Assembly: GCA_028598985.1 (NCBI GenBank)
Contig: JAQRMV010000002.1
Location: 1 to 63,713 of the forward strand
Length of the DNA stretch: 63,713 nt
Reading direction: 5' to 3'
From: Gammaproteobacteria bacterium
GTDB lineage: Bacteria; Pseudomonadota; Gammaproteobacteria; Pseudomonadales; Balneatricaceae
Both the position numbers and the translations under genes were made by a program. Under the pieces are notes generated by a model. It did not search any database, was not told where the DNA came from, and worked only from the letters and a program-made list of their open reading frames with translations. Positions 10,806-22,007 of this stretch are shown piece by piece (positions within the stretch are counted from its first letter, which is position 1; every line of letters begins with the position of its first letter).

Positions 10806-11537
10806 ATGGGCAGAGCCTACCAAAACAAAAAGTTAGACATCGCCAAAACATCCGACGCTAAAGCAAAGGTGTATAGCAAATACGGCCGTGAAATTTACGT
10901 TGTGGCTAAATCTGGTGGTGTGGAGCCCGATGGCAACTTGGCGTTACGCTCACTAATAGATAAGGCCAAAAAAGATCAAGTACCAAGCCACGTAATCGAT
11001 AAGGCATTAGATAAAGCCAAAGGTGGTGGCGGTGAAGATTACTCCACTGCACGTTATGAAGGTTATGGCCCGGGTAGCAGCATGGTGATTGTAGATTGCC
11101 TTACCGACAACCCAAACCGTACTTTTGGTGATGTGCGCCAGTGCTTCACTAAGACCAAATGCAAAATTGGCACCTCAGGCAGTGTAGGCCACATGTTTGA
11201 TCACAGCGCTATTTTTGTATTTGCCGGTGATGACGAAGATGCCGTACTAGAAGCGTTGATGGAAGCCGACGTAGATGTGACCGACGTTGAATGTGAAGAT
11301 GGAAAAACGACCGTGTTTGCCCCACATACCGAGTACAACAACACCAAACAAGCCCTGATTGAAGCCCTAGGTAACGACAAAGGTGAGTTCGAATTTGAAG
11401 TGGATGAAATTCAGTTCATCCCACAAAACACTAGCCCTGTTACGGGTGATGACGCGGTGATGTTTGAAACCTTTTTAGACATGTTGACGGATCTTGATGA
11501 CGTGCAAAACGTTTATCACAACGCCGACCTGGGTTAA
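10806..11537 (+). CDS. yebC: YebC/PmpR family protein
   Basis: [24 protein letters not shown] and [11 protein letters not shown] motifs. Confidence 0.9.
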   Translation: MGRAYQNKKLDIAKTSDAKAKVYSKYGREIYVVAKSGGVEPDGNLALRSLIDKAKKDQVPSHVIDKALDKAKGGGGEDYSTARYEGYGPGSSMVIVDCLTDNPNRTFGDVRQCFTKTKCKIGTSGSVGHMFDHSAIFVFAGDDEDAVLEALMEADVDVTDVECEDGKTTVFAPHTEYNNTKQALIEALGNDKGEFEFEVDEIQFIPQNTSPVTGDDAVMFETFLDMLTDLDDVQNVYHNADLG

Positions 11538-11545
11538 GAGTAATA

Positions 11546-11968
11546 TTAAGCCTGCAGCAATTTTATGATCGTAGCTAAGCTGGGCATAGTGGCAAACTGA
11601 TGCCCATGGGTAGGTATAGTTTGCCAAGGGGGCCTGGAATCTAAGTGCATATGTAATACCACTTGAGACGTTACTGGGCCTTCTAGTAAGCCGGCAGGAA
11701 TCCAGTATTTACCCGTTGCATCCAGTGTGTTTGGTGCCGGACAGCCACAGTTTTGGCAGTAGTGAGCGCTAAAGCCCGTGCCTTTTTGGTAGCTGGTTAT
11801 AGCATCTTGGCCTTTGAGCCAATTAAAGTTCGCTTCATCAACAAGGGTGGCGGTGTTGTGGGAACCTCCCGTTTGTTTCTGGCACAAAGAACAATAACAG
11901 TGATACAGGTTGGGTAATTGACCAGCGACTTCAAATTCAACCGCACCACACAAACACGCTCCTTTCAT
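11546..11968 (-). CDS. GFA (CENP-V) family Zn-binding protein
   Basis: GACLCGAV, HCYCSLCQK and CQNCG cysteine pattern. Confidence 0.85.
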   Translation of the reverse strand: MKGACLCGAVEFEVAGQLPNLYHCYCSLCQKQTGGSHNTATLVDEANFNWLKGQDAITSYQKGTGFSAHYCQNCGCPAPNTLDATGKYWIPAGLLEGPVTSQVVLHMHLDSRPPWQTIPTHGHQFATMPSLATIIKLLQA

Positions 11969-11972
11969 ACGA

Positions 11973-12812
11973 TTACCCCTTCAACTCATCCCTCAAGCTC
12001 GATAAAACCTCGGCCGTAGGCGGCAACACGCCACGCCATAGGTTAAAAGACTGAGCCGCCTGCTCTACTAGCATGCCTAAGCCGTCATCGGCTGCAGCTG
12101 CACCTTGGTCTATGGCCCAAGCGTTAAATACGGTGGTTTGGGCAGCGTACATCATGTCGTAGCAACGGCTTTTATTGCTGAGCAGCCCCTCTGGTAATGG
12201 GGGCAGGTCACCGGATAAGCTGGCTGAAGTGCCATTAATAATCCAATCGAATGGGCCTTGTAGTTGATCCATAGGGGTGGCCTCAATGGCACCTAAATTT
12301 GCAAATGAGGTGGCCAAGGTTTGGGCTTTGCTAAAGGTACGGTTGGCGATAATTACCTGGGAGGGTCGTTGCTCAAGGATAGGTTGCAATACCCCCCTAA
12401 CCGCCCCGCCTGCGCCTATAATTAAGATTCGCTTTGCGCTCAACTCACCACCAAGGTTATGGCAAATATCCCGCACCAGGCCTGTGCCGTCTGTATTATC
12501 TGCAACTATCTGACCCTGGGCATTTAAATAGAGTGTGTTAGCGGCCTGGGCCATTTTTGCAGCAGGGCTTAAAATTTCCGCCATTGCAAACGCACGCTGC
12601 TTAAAAGGCACTGTAATGTTAAGGCCTTTGCCCCCTTGTGCAAAAAACTCACTCACCTTAGGTTCAAAGGCATCTTCTTCCACCAGCTGCGCTTGGTAGT
12701 TAATGTGTTGGCCGGTGGTAGATGCAAAGGCTGCATGAATGTTAGGTGACTTGCTTTGGTGAATGGGATTGCCAAACACGCGGTACTGATCGGTTGAAGA
12801 TTCTATGGTCAT
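11973..12812 (-). CDS. aroE: Shikimate dehydrogenase
   Basis: GNPIHQSKSP, NITVPFK, DNTDG, GAGGA, DGLGMLVEQAA. Confidence 0.95.
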   Translation of the reverse strand: MTIESSTDQYRVFGNPIHQSKSPNIHAAFASTTGQHINYQAQLVEEDAFEPKVSEFFAQGGKGLNITVPFKQRAFAMAEILSPAAKMAQAANTLYLNAQGQIVADNTDGTGLVRDICHNLGGELSAKRILIIGAGGAVRGVLQPILEQRPSQVIIANRTFSKAQTLATSFANLGAIEATPMDQLQGPFDWIINGTSASLSGDLPPLPEGLLSNKSRCYDMMYAAQTTVFNAWAIDQGAAAADDGLGMLVEQAAQSFNLWRGVLPPTAEVLSSLRDELKG

Positions 12813-12815
12813 AAT

Positions 12816-13727
<912 letters not shown>

Positions 13728-13749
13728 TCAATATTCCTTAAATATAGGG

Positions 13750-14316
13750 TTAAGCAGGCCTAATCACTTGGCCAGTAACAAGGTCTTTCACTTGGCTAGG
13801 TTGTTTGTGAAGACCTAGCTCTCCATTAATCACATAATCTAGCTGCCGCCCAAAAATGCGTTCTATGTGCAACCTACTCATGGCCGGCCTACGGCCTGCT
13901 AAATTTGCCGAGGTAGACACAATGGGCCCTTTAAAGCGGTCGCATAACGCTGCAACGAGTGGGTGCGCCGACACACGCAAAGCCACGCTTTGGTGTTGCC
14001 CTTTAATCCATGGCGGCACCCAATTTGTTGGATCTGGAATTAGCCAAGTGGTTGGTCCTGGCCACGAGAGGTTAAGTTGCTCTATTTGTGCTTCCGACAG
14101 CCCCTCGATTAAAGGCTGCACCTGATTCCATTGCGAGGCCACCAATATTAAACCTTTGTACATGGGGCGTTTTTTTAATGTCAGTATTCTTTCTACGGCA
14201 TCGGCGTCCCATGGGTCACATCCTAAGCCCCACACAGCTTCTGTGGGGTAGGCGATAACACCACCCATAACCAAGGTTCGGGTAGCACATTTTAAATGCC
14301 AATCATTGAGTTGCAT
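13750..14316 (-). CDS. tsaC: Threonylcarbamoyl-AMP synthase (YrdC/Sua5 family)
   Basis: AYPTEAVWGLGCDP, KGLIL, WPGPTT, VSTSAN. Confidence 0.92.
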   Translation of the reverse strand: MQLNDWHLKCATRTLVMGGVIAYPTEAVWGLGCDPWDADAVERILTLKKRPMYKGLILVASQWNQVQPLIEGLSEAQIEQLNLSWPGPTTWLIPDPTNWVPPWIKGQHQSVALRVSAHPLVAALCDRFKGPIVSTSANLAGRRPAMSRLHIERIFGRQLDYVINGELGLHKQPSQVKDLVTGQVIRPA

Positions 14317-14339
14317 AAACTTCCTAAGGCTCGTACGAC

Positions 14340-15461
14340 CTAAAATACTTTTTCATAACCTCCGCCGGTCAAGCGTACCAGGCCAAGTAACTCTAATTCT
14401 ACCAATTGAGCAGCCACTATATTATAGGGTTGCGCTAATTGAGCACAAAGTATATCAATAGGAAGCGGATCATAGCCAAAAACTCCGAGTAATAATTGTA
14501 ATTCTTCTGCAACACCCTGCAGTTTTTGCTCGTTGGCGTGGTGTTGAGGCCTATATCGTTCCAATATCTGCTGTAGGTGCGGTGCAAGCTCAGCCAAAAT
14601 TTGTTGTGGCTGATCCACCAACAAAGCACCATCTCTAATCAACTGATGGCAACCTTGCGCCTGCACATTATGTACGCTTGATGGAATGGCAAATACCTCT
14701 CTACCTTGTTCTAAAGCGGTTTTGGCGGTGATAAGAGATCCGCTTCTCACAGCGGCCTCCACCACCAATACCCCCAAGCTTAAGCCACTAATAATGCGGT
14801 TGCGTGCAGGAAAACGGTAGGCCAGAGGTGTTGCCTTAAGCGGCCATGGAGACACCAGCAAACCCGCGCCTGCAATAATGCGCTGGGCTAAAGCCTGATG
14901 TTTAGCTGGGTATATTTGGGCTAATCCGGAACCTAGCACCGCAATGGTATCTGCTTGTGCATCTAACGCACCTTGGTGGCATGCCCCGTCAATACCCAAG
15001 GCCAGCCCACTCACAATAGTCAGTCCGCTAGCGCCTAGTTTGCCGGCAAAGGTTTTGGCCAAATCCATACCGTTAGCCGTGGCTTTACGGGCACCCACCA
15101 TGGCAATGCTCGGCTCGTTAAGCAAATTTGCTCGGCCCTGTATCCAAAGAAATGCAGGCGGGTGGTGTATTGATTTTAGGGCATCCGGATAATTTTCATC
15201 GTCATACAGAAGCAAAGTGGCTTGATTGTTTTTCATCCATTCCAATTGCGCCACCAAACTAAGGGGCAAAGCTTGAGACGTTAAAAGAGCTAAATGCTGT
15301 TGTTGCGAGGGGTTAAGAACTTGCGCAACCTGCTGGGAGTTTTGTTGCTCCAAGAGGGTTGATCCATGGCCATAGAGCTGGGCCAGTTCATAACTTTGCT
15401 TAAACGTTAAATTGAGTTCGCTTAGCGCCAGCCAAGCTAAATGATGATCATCCATAATCAT
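14340..15461 (-). CDS. dprA: DNA-processing protein DprA/Smf
   Basis: VGARKAT, VSGLALGIDG, FPARNRIISGLS, SGSLITA. Confidence 0.93.
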   Translation of the reverse strand: MIMDDHHLAWLALSELNLTFKQSYELAQLYGHGSTLLEQQNSQQVAQVLNPSQQQHLALLTSQALPLSLVAQLEWMKNNQATLLLYDDENYPDALKSIHHPPAFLWIQGRANLLNEPSIAMVGARKATANGMDLAKTFAGKLGASGLTIVSGLALGIDGACHQGALDAQADTIAVLGSGLAQIYPAKHQALAQRIIAGAGLLVSPWPLKATPLAYRFPARNRIISGLSLGVLVVEAAVRSGSLITAKTALEQGREVFAIPSSVHNVQAQGCHQLIRDGALLVDQPQQILAELAPHLQQILERYRPQHHANEQKLQGVAEELQLLLGVFGYDPLPIDILCAQLAQPYNIVAAQLVELELLGLVRLTGGGYEKVF

Positions 15462-15576
15462 TCCATTACCAGAAGCAGATAAGAGCGAGATAGTGGTATA
15501 ATTCTAGCCTATGAATATTTTTTTGCGCAGCATTCATCAACCATGCTCCGCCAGACCCTAACGAACACAGAAAACC

Positions 15577-16134
15577 ATGGCACTATTACCTATTTTAGAA
15601 TTTCCAGACCCACGGTTACGCAAAGTAGCTGTAGATATAACAGAAATTAATGACGACATTCGCAAGCTCGCTAAAGACATGATTGAAACCATGTACGATG
15701 CGCCAGGCATCGGCTTAGCGGCGTCACAAGTTAACGTTCACCAACGTTTGGTAGTGATCGACGTTAGCGATGATGGCGACGACCCTAGGGTGCTCATTAA
15801 CCCTAGCTGGGAGCCATTAACAGACGAAATGCAAAACTACCAAGAAGGTTGTTTGTCGGTACCCGAGTTTTATGACGATGTTGCACGCTACAGTAAGATT
15901 AAATTGAATGCTTTAAACGAAAATGGCGAGACCATTTCTGAAGAAGCCGAGGGCTTGTTTGCGGTGTGTATTCAACATGAGCTAGACCACCTTAACGGTA
16001 AGTTGTTTGTCGATTACCTTTCCAATCTTAAGCGCGATCGAATTCGCAAAAAGCTAGAAAAGAAGCACCGCGATGATATAAAAGAGGCCCTTTACACAGC
16101 TCAAGCCAAGGCTAAAATGGCACCCCAACCGTGA
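15577..16134 (+). CDS. def: Peptide deformylase
   Basis: [23 protein letters not shown]. Confidence 0.96.
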   Translation: MALLPILEFPDPRLRKVAVDITEINDDIRKLAKDMIETMYDAPGIGLAASQVNVHQRLVVIDVSDDGDDPRVLINPSWEPLTDEMQNYQEGCLSVPEFYDDVARYSKIKLNALNENGETISEEAEGLFAVCIQHELDHLNGKLFVDYLSNLKRDRIRKKLEKKHRDDIKEALYTAQAKAKMAPQP

Positions 16135-17105
16135 ATCAAGCGGGTTTAAAAGTCATTTTTGCAGGCACTCCAGATTTTGCAGCCCAACATTTGCAAGCAC
16201 TGTTAAACAGCCAACATCAAGTGATCGCTGTTTATAGCCAACCGGATCGCCCCGCTGGCCGTGGCCGCAAGCTTACAGCCAGCCCAGTAAAGGCATTGGC
16301 CGTTGAACACGGCATTGATGTACAACAGCCCCTCAGCCTAAAAGATATCAATGCCCAACAGGTGTTAGCTAGCTACAATGCCGACATTATGGTGGTGGTG
16401 GCTTATGGCTTACTTCTGCCTCAAGCCGCTTTAGACACGCCTCGATTAGGCTGTATTAATGTACACGGGTCACTATTACCACGTTGGCGCGGCGCGGCAC
16501 CTATTCAACGTGCCATATTAGCAGGTGATGCGAAATCGGGTGTTACCATAATGCAAATGGAAGCCGGTTTAGATACGGGCCCAATGTTACTAAAAGCAGA
16601 AATACCAATAGCCCCTACAGACACCAGTGCTAGCCTGTATGAAAAACTGGCTATTCTAGGCTGCAGCAAGCTTATAAAGGCTTTAGATAACTTACAAAGC
16701 TCTAGTGCGACTGGGTTAGCGGCACAAGTGCAAAACGATGCCGAGGCCAGCTACGCAACCAAACTGGTTAAAGCCGAGGGCGCCATTGATTGGCATCAAA
16801 GTGCGCGGCAAATTTGTCTGCAGGTGCGCGGACTTAACCCATGGCCCGTGGCTTACAGCGACTGGCAAGGCAACAGACTACGTATTTGGCTAGCCCACGC
16901 TATAGACACTCCCAGCAATCAGCCAGCAGGCACTTTATTAAGCCTTGATAAAACCGGCTTAGAAGTGGCCTGCGGTACCGGACGCCTTAAAATTACTCAG
17001 CTTCAGTGGCCAGGTGGTAAAACGCTAGCATTGAGTGAACTAGTGAATTTAAAACAAAAAATGAGGATTAGTGACGCCTTCACTAGTCTCAAAGTGGACA
17101 ACTAA
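16131..17105 (+). CDS. fmt: Methionyl-tRNA formyltransferase
   Basis: [33 protein letters not shown]. Confidence 0.96.
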   Translation: MNQAGLKVIFAGTPDFAAQHLQALLNSQHQVIAVYSQPDRPAGRGRKLTASPVKALAVEHGIDVQQPLSLKDINAQQVLASYNADIMVVVAYGLLLPQAALDTPRLGCINVHGSLLPRWRGAAPIQRAILAGDAKSGVTIMQMEAGLDTGPMLLKAEIPIAPTDTSASLYEKLAILGCSKLIKALDNLQSSSATGLAAQVQNDAEASYATKLVKAEGAIDWHQSARQICLQVRGLNPWPVAYSDWQGNRLRIWLAHAIDTPSNQPAGTLLSLDKTGLEVACGTGRLKITQLQWPGGKTLALSELVNLKQKMRISDAFTSLKVDN

Positions 17106-17107
17106 TC

Positions 17108-18409
17108 ATGGCCAACCCACGCTTATTAGCGGCCCAAGCCCTCACCAGTGTGTTGAGCAATAAGGGTTCCTTAGCTTCTAGTTTGCCTAAAGCTTTAGAG
17201 GCTGCTGAACACGGCGACCGTGCCCTTATCCAACAGCTATGCTACGGTACTTGTCGGCACTTCCCTCAGCTAGAGCTCATTGCAGAGCAGTTGTTACACA
17301 AGCCCATGAAGGCTCAAGATCAAGACATCTATGCCTTAATTCTTATGGGCCTATATCAAATTAAGGCCATGCGCACGCCAGACTATGCCGCTGTAGACGC
17401 TACCGTGCAGGCCGCTAAAGCCAGTGGCAAACGCTGGGCCGATAAGCTTATTAACGGCGTACTACGATCGTACATTCGCGGTGGCGAAGAGCTGGCAGAA
17501 GTGCTCAACGAACATGACGCATATCGTTACAATCATCCTCAATGGCTGGTGTCTAAATTAAGCCACCACTGGCCGGATCATTGGCAACAAATATTAGCCG
17601 CTAATGATCCTCAGGGGCCATTAACATTACGTGTTAATACTCGTAAGATCAGCCGTAATGACTATTTGGCCAAACTGGCTGAGGCCGATCATCTCGCCCA
17701 TGTTTGTGAGCATAGCCCAGTGGGGGTACAGCTTGAAAAAGCCTGCGATATTATCCAACTGCCGGGTTTTGAAGAAGGCTGGTTTAGTGTGCAAGATGAA
17801 GCGCCGCAACTTGGTGCCGGCTTATTAGAACTAGAAGCAGGCCAGCGGGTATTAGATGCCTGTGCGGCACCCGGCGGCAAAACCTGCCATTTATTAGAAG
17901 CACAGGACGTCAGCGTGGTTGCTGTGGAACTAGAAGAGCGGCGTATTGGACGCATGGAAGACAATCTATTTCGCATGGACCTTCAAGCACAAATTATTTG
18001 TGCAGACGCCAGTGAGCCAGATCAATGGTGGGATGGCATCGCCTTTGATCGCATATTGTTGGATGCTCCCTGCTCGGCAACTGGCGTTATTCGCCGCAAT
18101 CCCGATATAAAAATGTTGCGCACCAGTGAAGATGTTTTAGAGTTGGCCCAGTTGCAGCTCAAACTCCTCAATAATTTATGGCCATTATTAAAGCCTGGTG
18201 GCTATTTGCTTTATGCCACATGCTCGGTTTTGCGCCAAGAAAACGATCGCCTTGTGGCGCGCTTTTTAAAACAGCAGCCACAGGCCAAGCACTGTGCAAT
18301 TAACGCAGACTGGGGCATTGAAATGGATGTGGGTCGCCAATTATTGCCCAACCCAGCAAGCCACGATGGCTTTTATTACGCCAAACTCCATAAGCCATTA
18401 TCAGGGTGA
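17108..18409 (+). CDS. rsmB: 16S rRNA m5C967 methyltransferase
   Basis: NusB-like N-terminus, VQDE, DACAAPGGKT, DAPCSATG, YATCS. Confidence 0.94.
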   Translation: MANPRLLAAQALTSVLSNKGSLASSLPKALEAAEHGDRALIQQLCYGTCRHFPQLELIAEQLLHKPMKAQDQDIYALILMGLYQIKAMRTPDYAAVDATVQAAKASGKRWADKLINGVLRSYIRGGEELAEVLNEHDAYRYNHPQWLVSKLSHHWPDHWQQILAANDPQGPLTLRVNTRKISRNDYLAKLAEADHLAHVCEHSPVGVQLEKACDIIQLPGFEEGWFSVQDEAPQLGAGLLELEAGQRVLDACAAPGGKTCHLLEAQDVSVVAVELEERRIGRMEDNLFRMDLQAQIICADASEPDQWWDGIAFDRILLDAPCSATGVIRRNPDIKMLRTSEDVLELAQLQLKLLNNLWPLLKPGGYLLYATCSVLRQENDRLVARFLKQQPQAKHCAINADWGIEMDVGRQLLPNPASHDGFYYAKLHKPLSG

Positions 18410-18486
18410 TAACCATGGTGGTAGATTCTGCCATGTGTTCTGCTATCATGTGGTTATAAACAGCTCTTGAGGCATTTTGCTCTAGT

Positions 18487-19869
18487 ATGAAAATCATCAT
18501 TCTTGGTGCAGGTCAGGTTGGCCGCACTCTTGCTGAAAACTTGGCCAACGAGGCCAATGATGTGACCATGGTGGACCAAGAAGCAGGTCACCTTAAAGAT
18601 TTACAAGACCGCCTGGATATTCGCACCGTACGAGGGCGTGCCTCTCTACCCAATATACTAGCCAGTGCTGGCGCCGAAGATGCCGACATGCTGGTGGCGG
18701 TAACCAACAGTGACGAAGTCAATATGGTGGCCTGTCAAATTGCCAAAACCATGTTTCAAACCCCTACCATTATCAGCCGTATACGCGAGCATCAGTACTT
18801 GGCAGAGCGTGAATCTTTATTTAAAGAAAAGCCCCGTGCTTTTCCTATCGACGTTATTATTAGCCCAGAAAAATTAGTCACGGCTCACGTTCAACGCCTC
18901 ATAGAAAACCCAACTGCGCTACAAGTGCTTGATTTTGCTAAAGGCAAGGTGCAGTTGGTGGCAGTAAGCGCATGTCACGGAGGGCCTCTAGTAGGTAAAC
19001 CTGTATCAGATTTACGCAGTCACATGCCTAACGTCGATAGTAGAGTGGCGGCCATTTTCCGTAACAACAAAGCCATTGTGCCTTCGGGTAAAACCCATAT
19101 TCATGTGGATGATGAAGTGTTTTTTATTGCCGCAAAGCCCGACATCAGTAAAGTGATGAGCGAACTTAGGCAGTTAGAAAAACCCTATAGGCGCATTATG
19201 ATTGCCGGCGGCGGAAACATTGGTGCACGTTTAGCCCGAAACTTGCGTAAAGACTTTCGGGTAAAGTTGATTGAGCGCGGCTTAGAGCGCTGCGAGCAAC
19301 TGGCCGACAGCCTGGATGATGTGATCATCTTACACGGTAGCGCCTCTGACAAAGAGCTGCTGATTGAAGAGAATATTGAATCCACAGATGTGTTTTGCGC
19401 GCTAACCAATGATGACGAAGCTAACATTATGGCCTCCATGTTGGCCAAACGTTTAGGTGTACGCACCGTAATGACCCTGATAAGCAACCCAGCTTACGTA
19501 GATTTAATAGAAGACGGCACCATTGATATTGCCATATCACCACAACAAACGACCATAAGCAGCCTGTTAACCCATGTACGTCGGGGTGACATCGTGAACG
19601 TGCACTCTTTAAGGAGGGGCGCGGCCGAAGCTATTGAAGTGGTAGCCCACGGCGACGCCAAAACATCTAAAGTGGTGGGCCGCAGCATTGCAGACATCCG
19701 ACTGCCTGAAGGTACCAGCTTTGGCGCCATTGTCCGTGGTGAAACAGTACTTATTGCCCACCATGACACTGTTATAGAAAATGACGACCATTGTATACTT
19801 TTCTTAACAGATAGACACATGATTCACGATGTTGAACGACTATTTACCGTTACTCTCGGATTCTTTTAG
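18487..19869 (+). CDS. trkA: Trk potassium uptake NAD-binding subunit
   Basis: MKIIILGAGQVG, second GGGNIG, SLRRGAAEAIE. Confidence 0.95.
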   Translation: MKIIILGAGQVGRTLAENLANEANDVTMVDQEAGHLKDLQDRLDIRTVRGRASLPNILASAGAEDADMLVAVTNSDEVNMVACQIAKTMFQTPTIISRIREHQYLAERESLFKEKPRAFPIDVIISPEKLVTAHVQRLIENPTALQVLDFAKGKVQLVAVSACHGGPLVGKPVSDLRSHMPNVDSRVAAIFRNNKAIVPSGKTHIHVDDEVFFIAAKPDISKVMSELRQLEKPYRRIMIAGGGNIGARLARNLRKDFRVKLIERGLERCEQLADSLDDVIILHGSASDKELLIEENIESTDVFCALTNDDEANIMASMLAKRLGVRTVMTLISNPAYVDLIEDGTIDIAISPQQTTISSLLTHVRRGDIVNVHSLRRGAAEAIEVVAHGDAKTSKVVGRSIADIRLPEGTSFGAIVRGETVLIAHHDTVIENDDHCILFLTDRHMIHDVERLFTVTLGFF

Positions 19870-19877
19870 GCCTTAAT

Positions 19878-21365
19878 ATGCACTTTCGTGTTACTTTAAA
19901 AATTATTGGCATGCTGCTCATGGCCTTCAGCGCCTCAATGCTGCCATCATTAATTATCGCCCTAAGCTTTCACGATGACACTGCCGAGTGGGCTTTTGGC
20001 TTATCTTTTATCATCACTTTTATAGCCGGGCTCCTACTCTGGATCCCCTTTGCAAAACATAACAAGGTACTGCGCACCCGAGACGGTTTTGTCATAGTGG
20101 TGATGTTCTGGAGCGTGCTGGGTCTATTTGGCGCTCTGCCATTCTATTTTTCCACACCCTTGTCAACTCTCAACCCGAATTGGAGCTACGTAGACGCGTT
20201 GTTTGAGTCACTTTCGGGCCTTACAACCACCGGTGCCACAGTCATCAGCCACCTTGATAGTTTACCAAAATCACTATTGTTCTATCGCCAATTTTTACAA
20301 TGGTTTGGTGGCATGGGTATTATCGTCTTGGCGGTTGCCATTTTGCCCATGCTAGGTATTGGTGGCATGCAGTTATATCGTGCCGAGACCCCGGGCCCGG
20401 TAAAAGATTCTAAGCTCACCCCTAGAATTACAGAAACGGCCAAACAGCTTTGGTATATTTATCTTACTCTTACCGTCACCTGTGGCCTAGCTTATTGGTT
20501 TGCGGGCATGAGTGCGTTTGACGCTATTACCCATAGTTTCTCTACGGTTGCCATTGGTGGATTTTCTACCCACGATGCCAGTCTGGGTTATTTTAACAAT
20601 GCTGCAATCGAAACGATTGCCATTATCTTTATGATGCTTGCGGCGGTTAACTTTAGCCTACACTTCCATACGGCTCGTACCATTAGGCAAAAACACTATA
20701 AAGCCAGCTTACTACATTACTGGAAAGACGAAGAATTTCGCTTCTTCTTAAGCGTCATTGCCAGCATCAGCATTGTCACCGTAGGCACTTTGTGGCTCAC
20801 CAATAATATGAGTTTTAACGACAGTTTCCGTCAGGGTGTATTTGAAGTGGTCTCCATTGCCACCACCACAGGCTTTGCCACCGCAGACTTTGCCCAATGG
20901 CCCGGCATGTTGGCCTTTTTATTGTTTAGTGCCGCCTTTATTGGTGGTTGTGCCGGCTCTACAGGCGGTGGTATGAAAGTGGTGCGCGTACTTATCGTAC
21001 TTAAACAAGGCTTGCGAGAAGTCCAAAGGTTAATCCACCCCAATGCAATCATTCATGTTAAATTGGGGTCTAGCCCCATTCCCGACCGTGTGGCGGAGGC
21101 CGTGTGGGGGTTTTTCTCTGTTTACACTTTAGTCTTCGTTATAATGATGATTGCTTTATTAGCCACGGGCATGGATCAGGTTACTGCTTGGTCTGCTGTA
21201 GGGGCTACCTTAAACAATCTTGGCCCAGGCCTAGGCGACGTTGCATCAAACTATAGCTCAGTGAGTGCGTCCGGCAAGTGGATTTTATGTTTTTCTATGC
21301 TTCTAGGGCGACTAGAAGTGTTTACGCTATTAGTGCTTTTCACTCCTATGTTCTGGCGCAACTAG
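19878..21365 (+). CDS. trkH: Trk potassium uptake membrane subunit
   Basis: SGLTTTGAT, GGMGII, GGCAGSTGGG, LNNLGPG, GRLEVFT pore motifs. Confidence 0.95.
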   Translation: MHFRVTLKIIGMLLMAFSASMLPSLIIALSFHDDTAEWAFGLSFIITFIAGLLLWIPFAKHNKVLRTRDGFVIVVMFWSVLGLFGALPFYFSTPLSTLNPNWSYVDALFESLSGLTTTGATVISHLDSLPKSLLFYRQFLQWFGGMGIIVLAVAILPMLGIGGMQLYRAETPGPVKDSKLTPRITETAKQLWYIYLTLTVTCGLAYWFAGMSAFDAITHSFSTVAIGGFSTHDASLGYFNNAAIETIAIIFMMLAAVNFSLHFHTARTIRQKHYKASLLHYWKDEEFRFFLSVIASISIVTVGTLWLTNNMSFNDSFRQGVFEVVSIATTTGFATADFAQWPGMLAFLLFSAAFIGGCAGSTGGGMKVVRVLIVLKQGLREVQRLIHPNAIIHVKLGSSPIPDRVAEAVWGFFSVYTLVFVIMMIALLATGMDQVTAWSAVGATLNNLGPGLGDVASNYSSVSASGKWILCFSMLLGRLEVFTLLVLFTPMFWRN

Positions 21366-21402
21366 GAATATTTCCTAGATTAGCTGCAAACTACACACAG
21401 AC

Positions 21403-21411
21403 TTATCCACA
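21403..21411 (+). promoter_or_regulatory. Perfect DnaA box
   Basis: TTATCCACA in the short trkH-methyltransferase intergenic region. Confidence 0.4.
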
Positions 21412-21423
21412 GGACGTATCCCC

Positions 21424-22002
21424 ATGCCTGAACGCTGGAACCAACGCTATGCCCTGCCTTGTGAACTGCCTCAAGTCAGTTACGGCCTCCTAAAGCACTC
21501 TCACCTATTACCTAAAGATGGCATTGGCTTAGACCTTGCTTGCGGCCTAGGACAGAACTCAATATTCCTTACAAAACATGGCCTTACAATGCATGGATGG
21601 GACTATTCAGAGGCTGGGTTAGCGCAAATGGCAGAGCACTGCTCTGCTCAAAAAGTTGAAGTAAATCAACAGTGTTTAGACCTTACTAATACACCATGGC
21701 CAGAACAACAATTTAACTTGATCTGTGTTAATGCCTATCTAGAGCGAGCACTTTGTCCACAGATTATTGAACACCTTCAGCCGGGTGGCATTTTGGTCTA
21801 TCAAACATTTAATCAAGTCACTGAAATTGCTGGAGAATCCCTTCGTAAACCCAATAGGCCACAGCTATTATTAGCAAGCAATGAACTACTAAAGTTGTTT
21901 TCAGAGCTTGAGCCTTTGGTCTATCACGATGAGCAAGAGCTGGCTGAAATCACCCACCCTTTGGCGGGTAAGGCGCTGTTGATCGCTAGAAAGACCGACT
22001 AA
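21424..22002 (+). CDS. Class I SAM-dependent methyltransferase (TehB-like)
   Basis: RWNQRY, LDLACGLGQN, YLER, PGGILVYQTF. Confidence 0.8.
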   Translation: MPERWNQRYALPCELPQVSYGLLKHSHLLPKDGIGLDLACGLGQNSIFLTKHGLTMHGWDYSEAGLAQMAEHCSAQKVEVNQQCLDLTNTPWPEQQFNLICVNAYLERALCPQIIEHLQPGGILVYQTFNQVTEIAGESLRKPNRPQLLLASNELLKLFSELEPLVYHDEQELAEITHPLAGKALLIARKTD

Positions 22003-22007
22003 TGCCG

